Shown here one piece after another: positions 1-7,410 of a stretch of DNA of 12,805 bases (positions within the stretch are counted from its first letter, which is position 1; every line of letters begins with the position of its first letter). The position numbers and the translations under genes were made by a program. Under the pieces are notes generated by a model. The model worked only from the letters and a program-made list of their open reading frames with translations. It searched no databases and was not told where the DNA came from. Origin of the DNA: Armatimonadota bacterium (GTDB lineage: Bacteria; Armatimonadota; Armatimonadia; Armatimonadales; Armatimonadaceae); assembly GCA_043754515.1 (NCBI GenBank), contig JAYUUO010000115.1, forward strand, positions 1-12,805. Direction: 5' to 3'.

Positions 1-133
1 CGGTATCGAAACCGTCGCAAGCGTTTCGGGTTGCGATTCAACCTGATAGCAGCGATTCACAACCTGGAGATCTGCAAATAGACTTATGCAAAATGTCTAA
101 TATTACACGTTTCATGGCGAACAAGTGCATCGC

Positions 134-162
134 TTGACAAGATAAACCCGTTGTGTTATCTT
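134..162 (+). promoter_or_regulatory. Sigma70-type promoter for the secreted stalk-domain gene
   Basis: TTGACA (134-139), 17-bp spacer, TG at 154-155 and TATCTT (157-162), in an AT-rich intergenic region. Confidence 0.7.
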
Positions 163-168
163 AGTCAA
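139..168 (-). promoter_or_regulatory. Overlapping opposite-strand sigma70-type promoter
   Basis: On the minus strand: TTGACT (168-163), 18-bp spacer, TATCTT (144-139). It arises from the inverted repeat at 133-169. Confidence 0.45.
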
Positions 169-292
169 GAAATATATCGTCCGTGCCGTGCCGCCGTTTT
201 TTCGCGACCAATGCCGGGTTGACACGCGGGGGCACCATCCCAAACCCTTACTCTCGCGCGGACGTTTAAACACATCAGGGGGACTTGCCCGT

Positions 293-2062
293 ATGACACT
301 CGCCGACCGACTCATGAGAGCCACTTCCGGGCGCAATCCAATTGCGCTCATGGCACTGCCCGCCATATCGCTACTAACCGCCGTCACGGTCCCGCTGTCT
401 GTCGCCCACGCGCAGGCTCCCGCCGCCACCATGACGGTACTGACCCCGAAGCAGAACGAGAAACTCGGCGCGAACCGATTCAACCTGGACGTGCGCTTTC
501 AAAGCGTGACCAACTCCCCGATTGTCACCGCGGAACTCTGGGTGGATGGCGTCCGCTGGGTACGCCGCGACCTCGATACGCCCCGACGCGCTTCCGTGCT
601 ATCGTTCCTGGTAGACGGCTCCACGCTCCCCGCCGGAACGCACACGGTGGTAGTGAAGGTGCTGAACGCCGAAGGCAATATATCCTCGGCCAAACTTGAT
701 ATCGTCGCTGGTTCCGATGAGGCCGCTGGCGAGACGGAATACGCCGGCCCCGAAGTCCGCTTCGTGAACCCAGGCAACGGCCGCAAAGTGGTCGGCACGG
801 TGGAACTGCTGATTGACGCCAAAACGCGCAACGGGCAGAACCCATACGTGTCGTTCTACGTAGACGACAAGTTCAAAACGCTGAAGAACTACCCGCCATA
901 CTCGTTCGTGTGGGACACGACGAATGAGAGCAACGGTACGCACACGATCACGGCGAGCGGCTATCTCGACTCCACGAACGCGACCACGACTCGCAAGATT
1001 ACGGTGTTCGTGAACAACCCGGGCGGGAACACCAAGCGCTACGACGCGATCCCGGACTTGTCAAGCCCCAAAGCCGCCCGCAAGGCGACCACCGGCAACA
1101 CGGTCGCCCGTCCCTTGACTGTGCTACTCCCCGTCGCCAAAGAGACCCAGATCACCGCGCCTTCCGGTGAGGCACGGATCACAGAGTCCGCGGCTGCCTC
1201 TATCGCCGCCACGGACGCGCTCGGACTGCGCATGATGGACACAGGTATCCCGGCCGCGCCGCGCCAAGCCATACCGCGTCTCGCGCCGCCCAGAACGACG
1301 ATACTTGCCCCGTCAGGAACGCCTCCTCGCGCTGTCCCGCGGGCGAAGATCCCCGCCCGGCCGTCGCCCGCTGTCGCCGCGAACGCGCTACCGCTCCTGT
1401 CCGGCGAGCCGACCCTGTCGGCCGCGGGCGCGGTCACTGATCTCGACGAAGCGGTGACCCTCGACAAGATCGGTAGCGTCGGATTCGCCGCGCCGAAATT
1501 AGTTATCGCGCCGCGTCTTTCGCGACCGACGACTCTGATAGCCGCGCCGATGCGCGGTATATCGCCGGTGGCGGTGACGCGCGCTCGGATCAGTATTGCC
1601 ACGCCGGTCGCTCCTGTAGCACATATACGCGCCCGCCGCGTCAGCATCAGCACGCCGAAGGCGGACGTCACGAAGGTCGTTAAAGTTGCGCGACGTACCG
1701 ACGGCATGGAGCCGATTCAGGTCGCCTTCGACGGCACGCGGATCGCGTTCGATGTCGCGCCGCGTGTCGAGGCGGGAATGCCGATCGCGCCGTTCCGCCA
1801 GATATTCGAGCACACGGGCGGGAAGGTCTCCTGGTCGAACGAGACGAAGACCATGCGGGCCGTGAACAGCAACCGCGAGATCGTGATCGGCGTCGGCAAG
1901 AAGACCGCCATCGTGAACGGGACGAGCATTTCTATGGATCGCGCCGCTTCGCTCGACCGGGGGCGCACCGTAGTGCCGCTCAATTTTGTTGGCAAGGCTC
2001 TCGACGTGGATGTCAAGTACGATTCGGTCACCGGTCGGCTGTCCATCACATCCAAAAAATAA
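293..2062 (+). CDS. Secreted protein: two bacterial Ig-like domains, long Pro/Ala-rich linker, C-terminal copper amine oxidase N-terminal (stalk) domain; 589 aa
   Basis: ATG 293 follows an SD-like AGGGGGA (277-283) and is preferred to the ORF-track start at 188. Signal-peptide-like segment ends AHA|Q. Ig-like segments include GTHTVVVKV and YSFVWDTTNESNGTHTITA. The C-terminus (FDVAPRVEAGMPIAPFRQIFE...GRTVVPLNFVGKALDVDVKYD) fits the Cu_amine_oxidN1 pattern. No amine oxidase catalytic domain is seen. Confidence 0.8.
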   Translation: MTLADRLMRATSGRNPIALMALPAISLLTAVTVPLSVAHAQAPAATMTVLTPKQNEKLGANRFNLDVRFQSVTNSPIVTAELWVDGVRWVRRDLDTPRRASVLSFLVDGSTLPAGTHTVVVKVLNAEGNISSAKLDIVAGSDEAAGETEYAGPEVRFVNPGNGRKVVGTVELLIDAKTRNGQNPYVSFYVDDKFKTLKNYPPYSFVWDTTNESNGTHTITASGYLDSTNATTTRKITVFVNNPGGNTKRYDAIPDLSSPKAARKATTGNTVARPLTVLLPVAKETQITAPSGEARITESAAASIAATDALGLRMMDTGIPAAPRQAIPRLAPPRTTILAPSGTPPRAVPRAKIPARPSPAVAANALPLLSGEPTLSAAGAVTDLDEAVTLDKIGSVGFAAPKLVIAPRLSRPTTLIAAPMRGISPVAVTRARISIATPVAPVAHIRARRVSISTPKADVTKVVKVARRTDGMEPIQVAFDGTRIAFDVAPRVEAGMPIAPFRQIFEHTGGKVSWSNETKTMRAVNSNREIVIGVGKKTAIVNGTSISMDRAASLDRGRTVVPLNFVGKALDVDVKYDSVTGRLSITSKK

Positions 2063-2087
2063 CACCGTAGAAATACGTGTTTACATG

Positions 2088-2126
2088 TGGGCAATGGCAG
2101 TTTCACCTTCCGTTGCCCGTTTTTTT
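2088..2126 (+). terminator. Rho-independent terminator
   Basis: Stem GGGCAATGG (2089-2097) / CCGTTGCCC (2110-2118), followed by 7 T (2120-2126), shortly after the stop codon at 2062. Confidence 0.75.
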
Positions 2127-2203
2127 GTCGGTAATGAATCAAAAATGCGATACTCTGGAACCTGCATAGGCACGAAAGTCGTCTTGTGTACCGGATCCAT
2201 CTC

Positions 2204-3664
2204 ATGAGTATGCAAAGTTTCCCGAGATCCTCCCGGATCTACATCTACCTGGTCATCCTTTCAGGAGCGGGCGCGCTCCTTGCGTGTGTATTGCTCTATC
2301 CGGTGCCCGTCACGGATTGGCTGGTCATACTCCCAGGTTTGCTACTCTGCGCGGGCGCGTCGTTTCTGCGCGTCCCGGTGCTAGGCCTCCGCCGCGACGG
2401 CGAGAACAGCGTGAGCAACTCCACTATCTCGCTCGGCATGGTGCCGACTTTTCTCCTACTGCTCGCGTTCGGGCCGCTGGTCGGGGCACTCGCCGGGAGC
2501 GTGACCGCGATAGTCGGCACCCTGTACCCGAAACGTTCCTACCCGGTTCAGATATTGTTTAGTGTCGGGGCGGTGGTGCTTTCTGTGCTCGCCATCTCCC
2601 CGTTGCTAATGCTCGTGGATGTCGCCCGCCCCGGTTACTCTTTCCATCCACACATCATGGTCGGCGGTTTGTACGAGATCACGCGGGCTCTGGTGACGCT
2701 CGGGGCGGGGGCAGTCTACTTCGCGGCTAACACGATTCTGGTCGCCGGTGCCGTAGCTCTGACATCGCGCACCATGTCCCCGCGTGGGATCCTGATTCTG
2801 TGGCGGGACAACTATCTGTGGATGTTACCAGGATACGTCGCTGGTGCCGCCGCCGCGACGCTAATGTACGTTCTGATCCCCTACGCGCTTCAGTATTGGC
2901 AGTCGGGTTTGGCACTGGCGATGCTTGCGCTACCGGTACCGTTCCTGATTTACGCCGCCGCGCGGTACCACCGAGAGCGTGATGTAAACCTGACGCTCTA
3001 CATTGAGGAGTTGGAGCGGGGGCGCGAGGAGTTGCACGGGTTATACAAGGCGACGGTGGAGTCGTTCGCGCTGGCGATAGACGCTAAAGACCGGTACACA
3101 CAGGAACACATCCAGCGGGTGAAGTTATATGCCACGGATCTGGCGCGCGAGATGGACCTGACGGAAGCCGAGCAAAAAGCGGTCGAGTACGGCGCGCTCC
3201 TGCACGACATCGGCAAAATCGCCATTCCGGAGAGCATCCTATGCAAGCCGGGGAAACTAACGCCCGAGGAGTTCGAGACGATGAAAACGCACACGATCAT
3301 CGGCGCGCGAATCCTGGAGCCGGTGCGATTCCCGTTCCCCGTCGCCGAAGTCGTGCGCTCCCACCATGAGCGGTACGACGGTACCGGCTACCCGGATGGG
3401 CTGGTCGGCGAGGCGATACCGATCGGGGCGCGGATTCTGGCGGTCACGGATGTGTACGACGCGCTGACCACGGACCGGTCCTACCGCCGGGCGTGGTCAC
3501 ACGCCGAGACCATACTCTATCTACAAACCCACATGGGCAGTCACTTCGACCCGATGATCGTGTCCACCTTCCTGCGCGTTCTACGGCGGGAGGATGACCG
3601 AACCGCCGCGATGATAGACGGCCCCCCGGCTATGATAGCGGAGCCGTCGGGCACGTTGCTCTAG
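2204..3664 (+). CDS. HD-GYP domain cyclic-dinucleotide phosphodiesterase with N-terminal multi-pass membrane domain
   Basis: Motifs AKDRYTQEHIQRV, LLHDIGK, HHERYDGTGYPDGL and DVYDALTTDRSYR. About 6-7 hydrophobic segments in the N-terminal half. Start uncertain (2186, 2204 or 2210). Confidence 0.9.
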   Translation: MSMQSFPRSSRIYIYLVILSGAGALLACVLLYPVPVTDWLVILPGLLLCAGASFLRVPVLGLRRDGENSVSNSTISLGMVPTFLLLLAFGPLVGALAGSVTAIVGTLYPKRSYPVQILFSVGAVVLSVLAISPLLMLVDVARPGYSFHPHIMVGGLYEITRALVTLGAGAVYFAANTILVAGAVALTSRTMSPRGILILWRDNYLWMLPGYVAGAAAATLMYVLIPYALQYWQSGLALAMLALPVPFLIYAAARYHRERDVNLTLYIEELERGREELHGLYKATVESFALAIDAKDRYTQEHIQRVKLYATDLAREMDLTEAEQKAVEYGALLHDIGKIAIPESILCKPGKLTPEEFETMKTHTIIGARILEPVRFPFPVAEVVRSHHERYDGTGYPDGLVGEAIPIGARILAVTDVYDALTTDRSYRRAWSHAETILYLQTHMGSHFDPMIVSTFLRVLRREDDRTAAMIDGPPAMIAEPSGTLL

Positions 3665-4467
3665 ATCACGAGGGCTTGCCGCACTTCGGCGTCCCAGGTT
3701 CCGGCGACGCGGGTTCCGTACTCGGCCTCCCCCCCGGTCGCGTCCGGCCCTGTGAGAACGGGCCGCTTTGCTATCTCGAACCCGCCGCGTGCCACCCCGT
3801 TCTGGTCTGCGTTCATGAAATGCAGAGCCACCCCTGCCCGCTCCGTATCGGTCATATTGCCCCCCGTAGCGTGCGGCGTCCCATAGCAGAAGAACAACGC
3901 CCCGCCCGCAGTTATTTCCAGCGGGACGGCTTGCGACTCATCCGGGTAGCACCGGATATGGTGGTCGCTCTCCGGGTCGCGGTCGTGGGGTAGCCGCTCG
4001 GCGAACGCGCCGGGAATGACGCGTAGCGTGCCGTTCGCGATCGTCGCGTCGTGAACCGCCGTCCAGAGCGCGGTCCCCTTGAGCGGTTCCGGGATCTGGA
4101 AATAGGCGTTGTCCTGGTGCCAGTTCGTCCCCGCGCCGTGCTTCCCCGGCTTCAGAAACACCTGATCGAGGTGGAGCACGACCGGCCCGCCGATCAGTTG
4201 CTCGACCGCTTCGGCGGCCTTGGGCGCGAACGGCATCGCCCGAAAGAACGTGCTGTGCGGGTACATCGGGCACAGTTGTAGATTGGCTTTCGTCTGGGAC
4301 TGTGTTTTGCCGTCCCCTTCGGTGGCGACGTTGCGCAGTTTGCCATCCGCCTCAAGTCGCTTCAGTTCCGCCCGCATGGCGGCGACTTCTTCGTCTGTCC
4401 AGAAGTTTGGTACGGCGAGATAGCCGTCCGTTCGGAACCGTGTAACCTGCTCCTCGGTGAATTGCAT
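3661..4467 (-). CDS. Phytanoyl-CoA dioxygenase (PhyH) family Fe(II)/2-oxoglutarate dioxygenase
   Basis: N-terminal FTEEQVTRFRTDGYL, HxD motif (WHQDNAYF), NGTLRVIPG, and distal His/Arg (PHATGGN...ER). SD AAGGA at 4481-4477. Confidence 0.9.
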   Translation of the reverse strand: MQFTEEQVTRFRTDGYLAVPNFWTDEEVAAMRAELKRLEADGKLRNVATEGDGKTQSQTKANLQLCPMYPHSTFFRAMPFAPKAAEAVEQLIGGPVVLHLDQVFLKPGKHGAGTNWHQDNAYFQIPEPLKGTALWTAVHDATIANGTLRVIPGAFAERLPHDRDPESDHHIRCYPDESQAVPLEITAGGALFFCYGTPHATGGNMTDTERAGVALHFMNADQNGVARGGFEIAKRPVLTGPDATGGEAEYGTRVAGTWDAEVRQALVI

Positions 4468-4506
4468 AGTGGTATTTCCTTTGTGGCACCAGAAAGTGCT
4501 GTCGTT

Positions 4507-4535
4507 ATTTTAGACGCTCAGCATCCGTCTGCCAA
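4507..4535 (-). promoter_or_regulatory. Sigma70-type promoter for the PhyH-family gene
   Basis: On the minus strand: TTGGCA (4535-4530), 17-bp spacer, TAAAAT (4512-4507). Confidence 0.65.
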
Positions 4536-4564
4536 TTGCCGTCGTACGCCATTTCTGGTATTTT
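4536..4564 (+). promoter_or_regulatory. Sigma70-type promoter for the AraC gene (probably leaderless)
   Basis: TTGCCG (4536-4541), 17-bp spacer, TG at 4556-4557 and TATTTT (4559-4564); 6 nt separate it from ATG 4571. Confidence 0.55.
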
Positions 4565-4570
4565 CTCCCT

Positions 4571-5464
4571 ATGAGAACTGGATTCGCCCGAACCGCCCCC
4601 GCGCCCGAACCATTGCCGCTCGCCGCCGCGCCTCTGTCGCTCGTTCCGGTAGGAATGCCGCCGGGGATCGTGTGGGTCAGCATCGGGCGGCACGGCCGGT
4701 ACGCCCGCGAGGACTACCGGATGCCCGAACTCTGGTGCCTGCACCTGTACCGGTGGACGGGCGCGCTCCGCGTCGGGGAAATCACGCTCCCGGTGTCGCC
4801 GGGCTATGTCAGCGTCGTGCCGCCGAACACGCCGCTGTCCCACTTCTTCCGGACCGGCGACCCGCCCGCGATCCACCTGTCCTGCGGGTTCCGTCTCGGG
4901 CGCGACGCCGAAGCACAGACCGTGCTTCTCCCGGTGATGAGCGATTCCGGCTCGGCTTTCGGCGGACTCAACGCCGATTGGGAAAAAGCCGTCGCGGTGT
5001 TCGGGTCTGCCCCGCGCCGCGCCGAGGCGTTGATGTGGAACATCCTGTGGCGGCTCGGGGAGGGCGCGGCGGGCACCGGCAACCCGGACGACGCCCATCA
5101 CCGGGGTAGCGAACAGGCCGTGGTCACCCTTACCCGCGAAGCCATTGAGCTACGGCTCGCCGAGCCGATACGCGTTTCCGACCTCGCGGACGCCGTAAAT
5201 CTGTCGCACAACCACCTGACGCGCCTGTTCCACGCCGCGACCGGAAGAACAGTGGTCGCCTACGTCCGCGAGCGGCGCATGGAGCGGGCGTCGCGGCTCC
5301 TGCGGCACACCACGCTCCCCATCAAGCAGATAGCGGCGCAGGTCGGGCTGCGCGACCCGCACCAGTTCAACAAAGCCGTCCGCGCGGCGTTCGGTGTTCC
5401 GCCCCGCGCACTCCGTCACGACGCAGAAACGAAACGTGGCTTGAACACGGACGCCGATGGGTGA
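4571..5464 (+). CDS. AraC/XylS family transcriptional regulator
   Basis: C-terminal double HTH (LADAVNLSHNHLTRLFHAATG...LPIKQIAAQVGLRDPHQFNKAVRAAFGVPP) and a cupin-like N-terminal region. Alternative start at ATG 4655. Confidence 0.92.
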   Translation: MRTGFARTAPAPEPLPLAAAPLSLVPVGMPPGIVWVSIGRHGRYAREDYRMPELWCLHLYRWTGALRVGEITLPVSPGYVSVVPPNTPLSHFFRTGDPPAIHLSCGFRLGRDAEAQTVLLPVMSDSGSAFGGLNADWEKAVAVFGSAPRRAEALMWNILWRLGEGAAGTGNPDDAHHRGSEQAVVTLTREAIELRLAEPIRVSDLADAVNLSHNHLTRLFHAATGRTVVAYVRERRMERASRLLRHTTLPIKQIAAQVGLRDPHQFNKAVRAAFGVPPRALRHDAETKRGLNTDADG

Positions 5465-5494
5465 AAAAAGCATGTCGGTGGAGAAGAAAAGATC

Positions 5495-5983
5495 ATGCGA
5501 GTGAAGTATATAGCAGGTGTGTTGGCGGTGTTAGCCACTACGGGGATTACGCAGGCGCGGGCGGAGACGAACGACGCGGCGGAACTCGCCGCCCCGGACG
5601 TACGCGGCGTACAGCGCAAAGTGGCCTCGAACGAGGCCGCGTTTAATGGGAAGACCTTGTTCGTCGTACCAACCGGTACGGGCAGGCTTTCGGCGGCGGA
5701 AAGGGCGGCTATCATCCGTGATCGTCTGGAGGAAGTGGCCGCGCATTACGCGGGTGGCCCTGACGCGGTCAGCGTCACGCAGACGGGGTCTGACACATTC
5801 GTTGTCGCCGTCGCGGGCGACCCTGTGGCGACAGTTGAGCCACGCCTCGCACGCGCTTCTGGTGCCCCTAATGCGGAGGCTCTTGCCGAGATCTGGGCAG
5901 AATCATTGCGCCATGCCCTACCGAGCATCCCGGCTACTTCGCGGGTCGCTCGCGTAACTTCTCTGCGGGGATCCGCTCAATAG
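5495..5983 (+). CDS. Secreted hypothetical protein
   Basis: Signal-peptide-like start (MRVKYIAGVLAVLATTGITQARA|E), purine-rich upstream region with GGAG at 5480-5483, and the frame fills the gap between neighbouring genes. Confidence 0.75.
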   Translation: MRVKYIAGVLAVLATTGITQARAETNDAAELAAPDVRGVQRKVASNEAAFNGKTLFVVPTGTGRLSAAERAAIIRDRLEEVAAHYAGGPDAVSVTQTGSDTFVVAVAGDPVATVEPRLARASGAPNAEALAEIWAESLRHALPSIPATSRVARVTSLRGSAQ

Positions 5984-6043
5984 TCGCCCGCCGGATCCCC
6001 AGCGGGTGGCCCGTCCCTGTGTCGCTTCGCCCGCCGGAATGTC

Positions 6044-6637
6044 TTAGCTTAGTCCCACTCGCCGTCTTGTGTTTCCTTCGGGAAGGTACACGCGTTCTAA
6101 GGGAAGCAGCCTTTTGGTTGCTTCGGTCTCGCCGTGTGCCAGAAGGTCACGCATTTTTCGTGCCCGTGGTGTCAGGTCAGTGATATCTACCGTCTACTCG
6201 TTCGCGAATCGCTCGATTAAATGACGGCTGATCCCAACCTGTATTGATCGGTGTGCTTGTGCCACACCACGTAGCGAGCGTTCTGGGTCCCACTGAATGT
6301 GAACGGGAGACGCCTCGAACTGCTCCCTCCATTCGTCAACGTCGCGGTAGATCGCCGGATCGGGGTGCGTTAACACCCCGAGAGATAGTGCCTCCTCCCA
6401 GCCCGCCCGCGTGATCCGTACCGCGAGAATGTATTCCTGTCCTGACTTCCGCGCCCAGTTACTACGTTCCATCAACCAGAGGAACGACGGCTTGATCCAG
6501 GTCATTCGTCCGAGCGAGAAGGGAGGCACGAAACGGTTCGCGGCGACTGCTGGCCCGGCAATAGACGTGGAGTACGCTTGATAAACTACAATCGAAGTCG
6601 CGTCAAAGTCGGCACGGATTTGGTTCTGTGGGGTCAT
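6044..6637 (-). pseudogene. DUF4291-like gene interrupted by an in-frame TAG at 6194-6196 (147 aa truncated; 197 aa if read through)
   Basis: Motifs [37 protein letters not shown] and RSIQVG. The frame continues 49 codons past the TAG (TVDITDLTPRARKMRDLL...LLPLERVY...) to TAA at 6046-6044. Confidence 0.75.
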
Positions 6638-6768
6638 GCTACCGTATCGCCAGAGGGTGCGGCGTGCTAAACCCCCGTCGGGCGATTACATCATGGAAAC
6701 GTCGCGAAGCGCGCGACCGGGCGCACGTTAGCGTGGGTCTACCAAAGTAAGTCAACATGACCCGAAGT

Positions 6769-7410
6769 TCAGGGGAGCGTGAGGGCGCCCGTCGGGATCG
6801 CGTGACCCGACTCATCGAAGCCGTAGATAGCGACGGCTCCTTCGGCGAAATCAACGAGGAGAAATCCCTGCTCGTAACCCCACATCAATGTGCCCGCGTT
6901 GAGGAACGTCGTACGCCCCACGGCGCGGGACATGCGCGCGTGCGTGTGCCCGCTGACGACATACCGGTAGTCTTCAGAAAGCAGACTTTGGAGCGGCAGA
7001 CTTGATGCGATAGCCTCCTCGGTGTCGTCCGGGAAGAACACGGCCATGTCATCGATCCCCAGCCCGTGGCACAGCAGAAGCGGACCCGACGGTGTGTCTA
7101 GCCGGCGCATCGGTGGTAGGTCCCTCAGAAACAACCGCGACCGCATCGTCAATACCGGCCGCGGGAGGCTTTCCCGCCCGAGGTACCAGCGGTCATGGTT
7201 GCCGCGAACCGTTAATATGTTCTCGGACTCGAGAAGTTCGCAACACCGGTCCGCGTCGCCCTGCCCGTCTACCACATCGCCGGTGCAAAGGATCGTCTCG
7301 ATCCCCTCGCCGCGCAGGAACCGTATCGCCTCCACGAGCAGGTTATCCTCCGCGTGCGGGTCGCCGATGATCCCGACACGGGTGAGTAACTGTGAGCGCG
7401 GCTCGGTCAT
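6769..7410 (-). CDS. Calcineurin-like metallophosphoesterase (YfcE/Metallophos_2-like), paralog A; 213 aa
   Basis: Motifs GDPH, GDVVD, GNHD, HG and GHTH. ATG 7410 overlaps the upstream stop (ATGA, 7410-7407) and aligns with the N-terminus of paralog B. Confidence 0.9.
   Translation of the reverse strand: MTEPRSQLLTRVGIIGDPHAEDNLLVEAIRFLRGEGIETILCTGDVVDGQGDADRCCELLESENILTVRGNHDRWYLGRESLPRPVLTMRSRLFLRDLPPMRRLDTPSGPLLLCHGLGIDDMAVFFPDDTEEAIASSLPLQSLLSEDYRYVVSGHTHARMSRAVGRTTFLNAGTLMWGYEQGFLLVDFAEGAVAIYGFDESGHAIPTGALTLP

Noticed and set aside
38..130. 30-codon minus-strand ORF (MHLFAMKRV...) downstream of the minus-strand promoter
   Set aside because: Short, AT-rich, atypical codon usage and no recognisable motif; it cannot be supported from sequence alone.
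219..254. Second TTGACA at 219-224
   Set aside because: No -10-like hexamer at 16-18 bp; TACTCT at 249-254 is 24 bp away.
188..292. N-terminal extension of the first ORF from GTG 188
   Set aside because: No SD at 188, whereas ATG 293 has one and places the signal peptide near the N-terminus.
1711..2059. Calling the first gene a copper amine oxidase
   Set aside because: Only the non-catalytic N-terminal-type domain is present; no catalytic domain is seen.
2127..2203. Possible c-di-GMP riboswitch upstream of the HD-GYP gene (contains a GAAA stretch)
   Set aside because: I could not find the two-stem GEMM architecture or its conserved flanks. An Infernal scan would settle it.
6194..6196. Genome-wide TAG reassignment or pyrrolysine
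   Set aside because: Six genes in the window end at TAG at plausible C-termini, and no pyl genes are in view.
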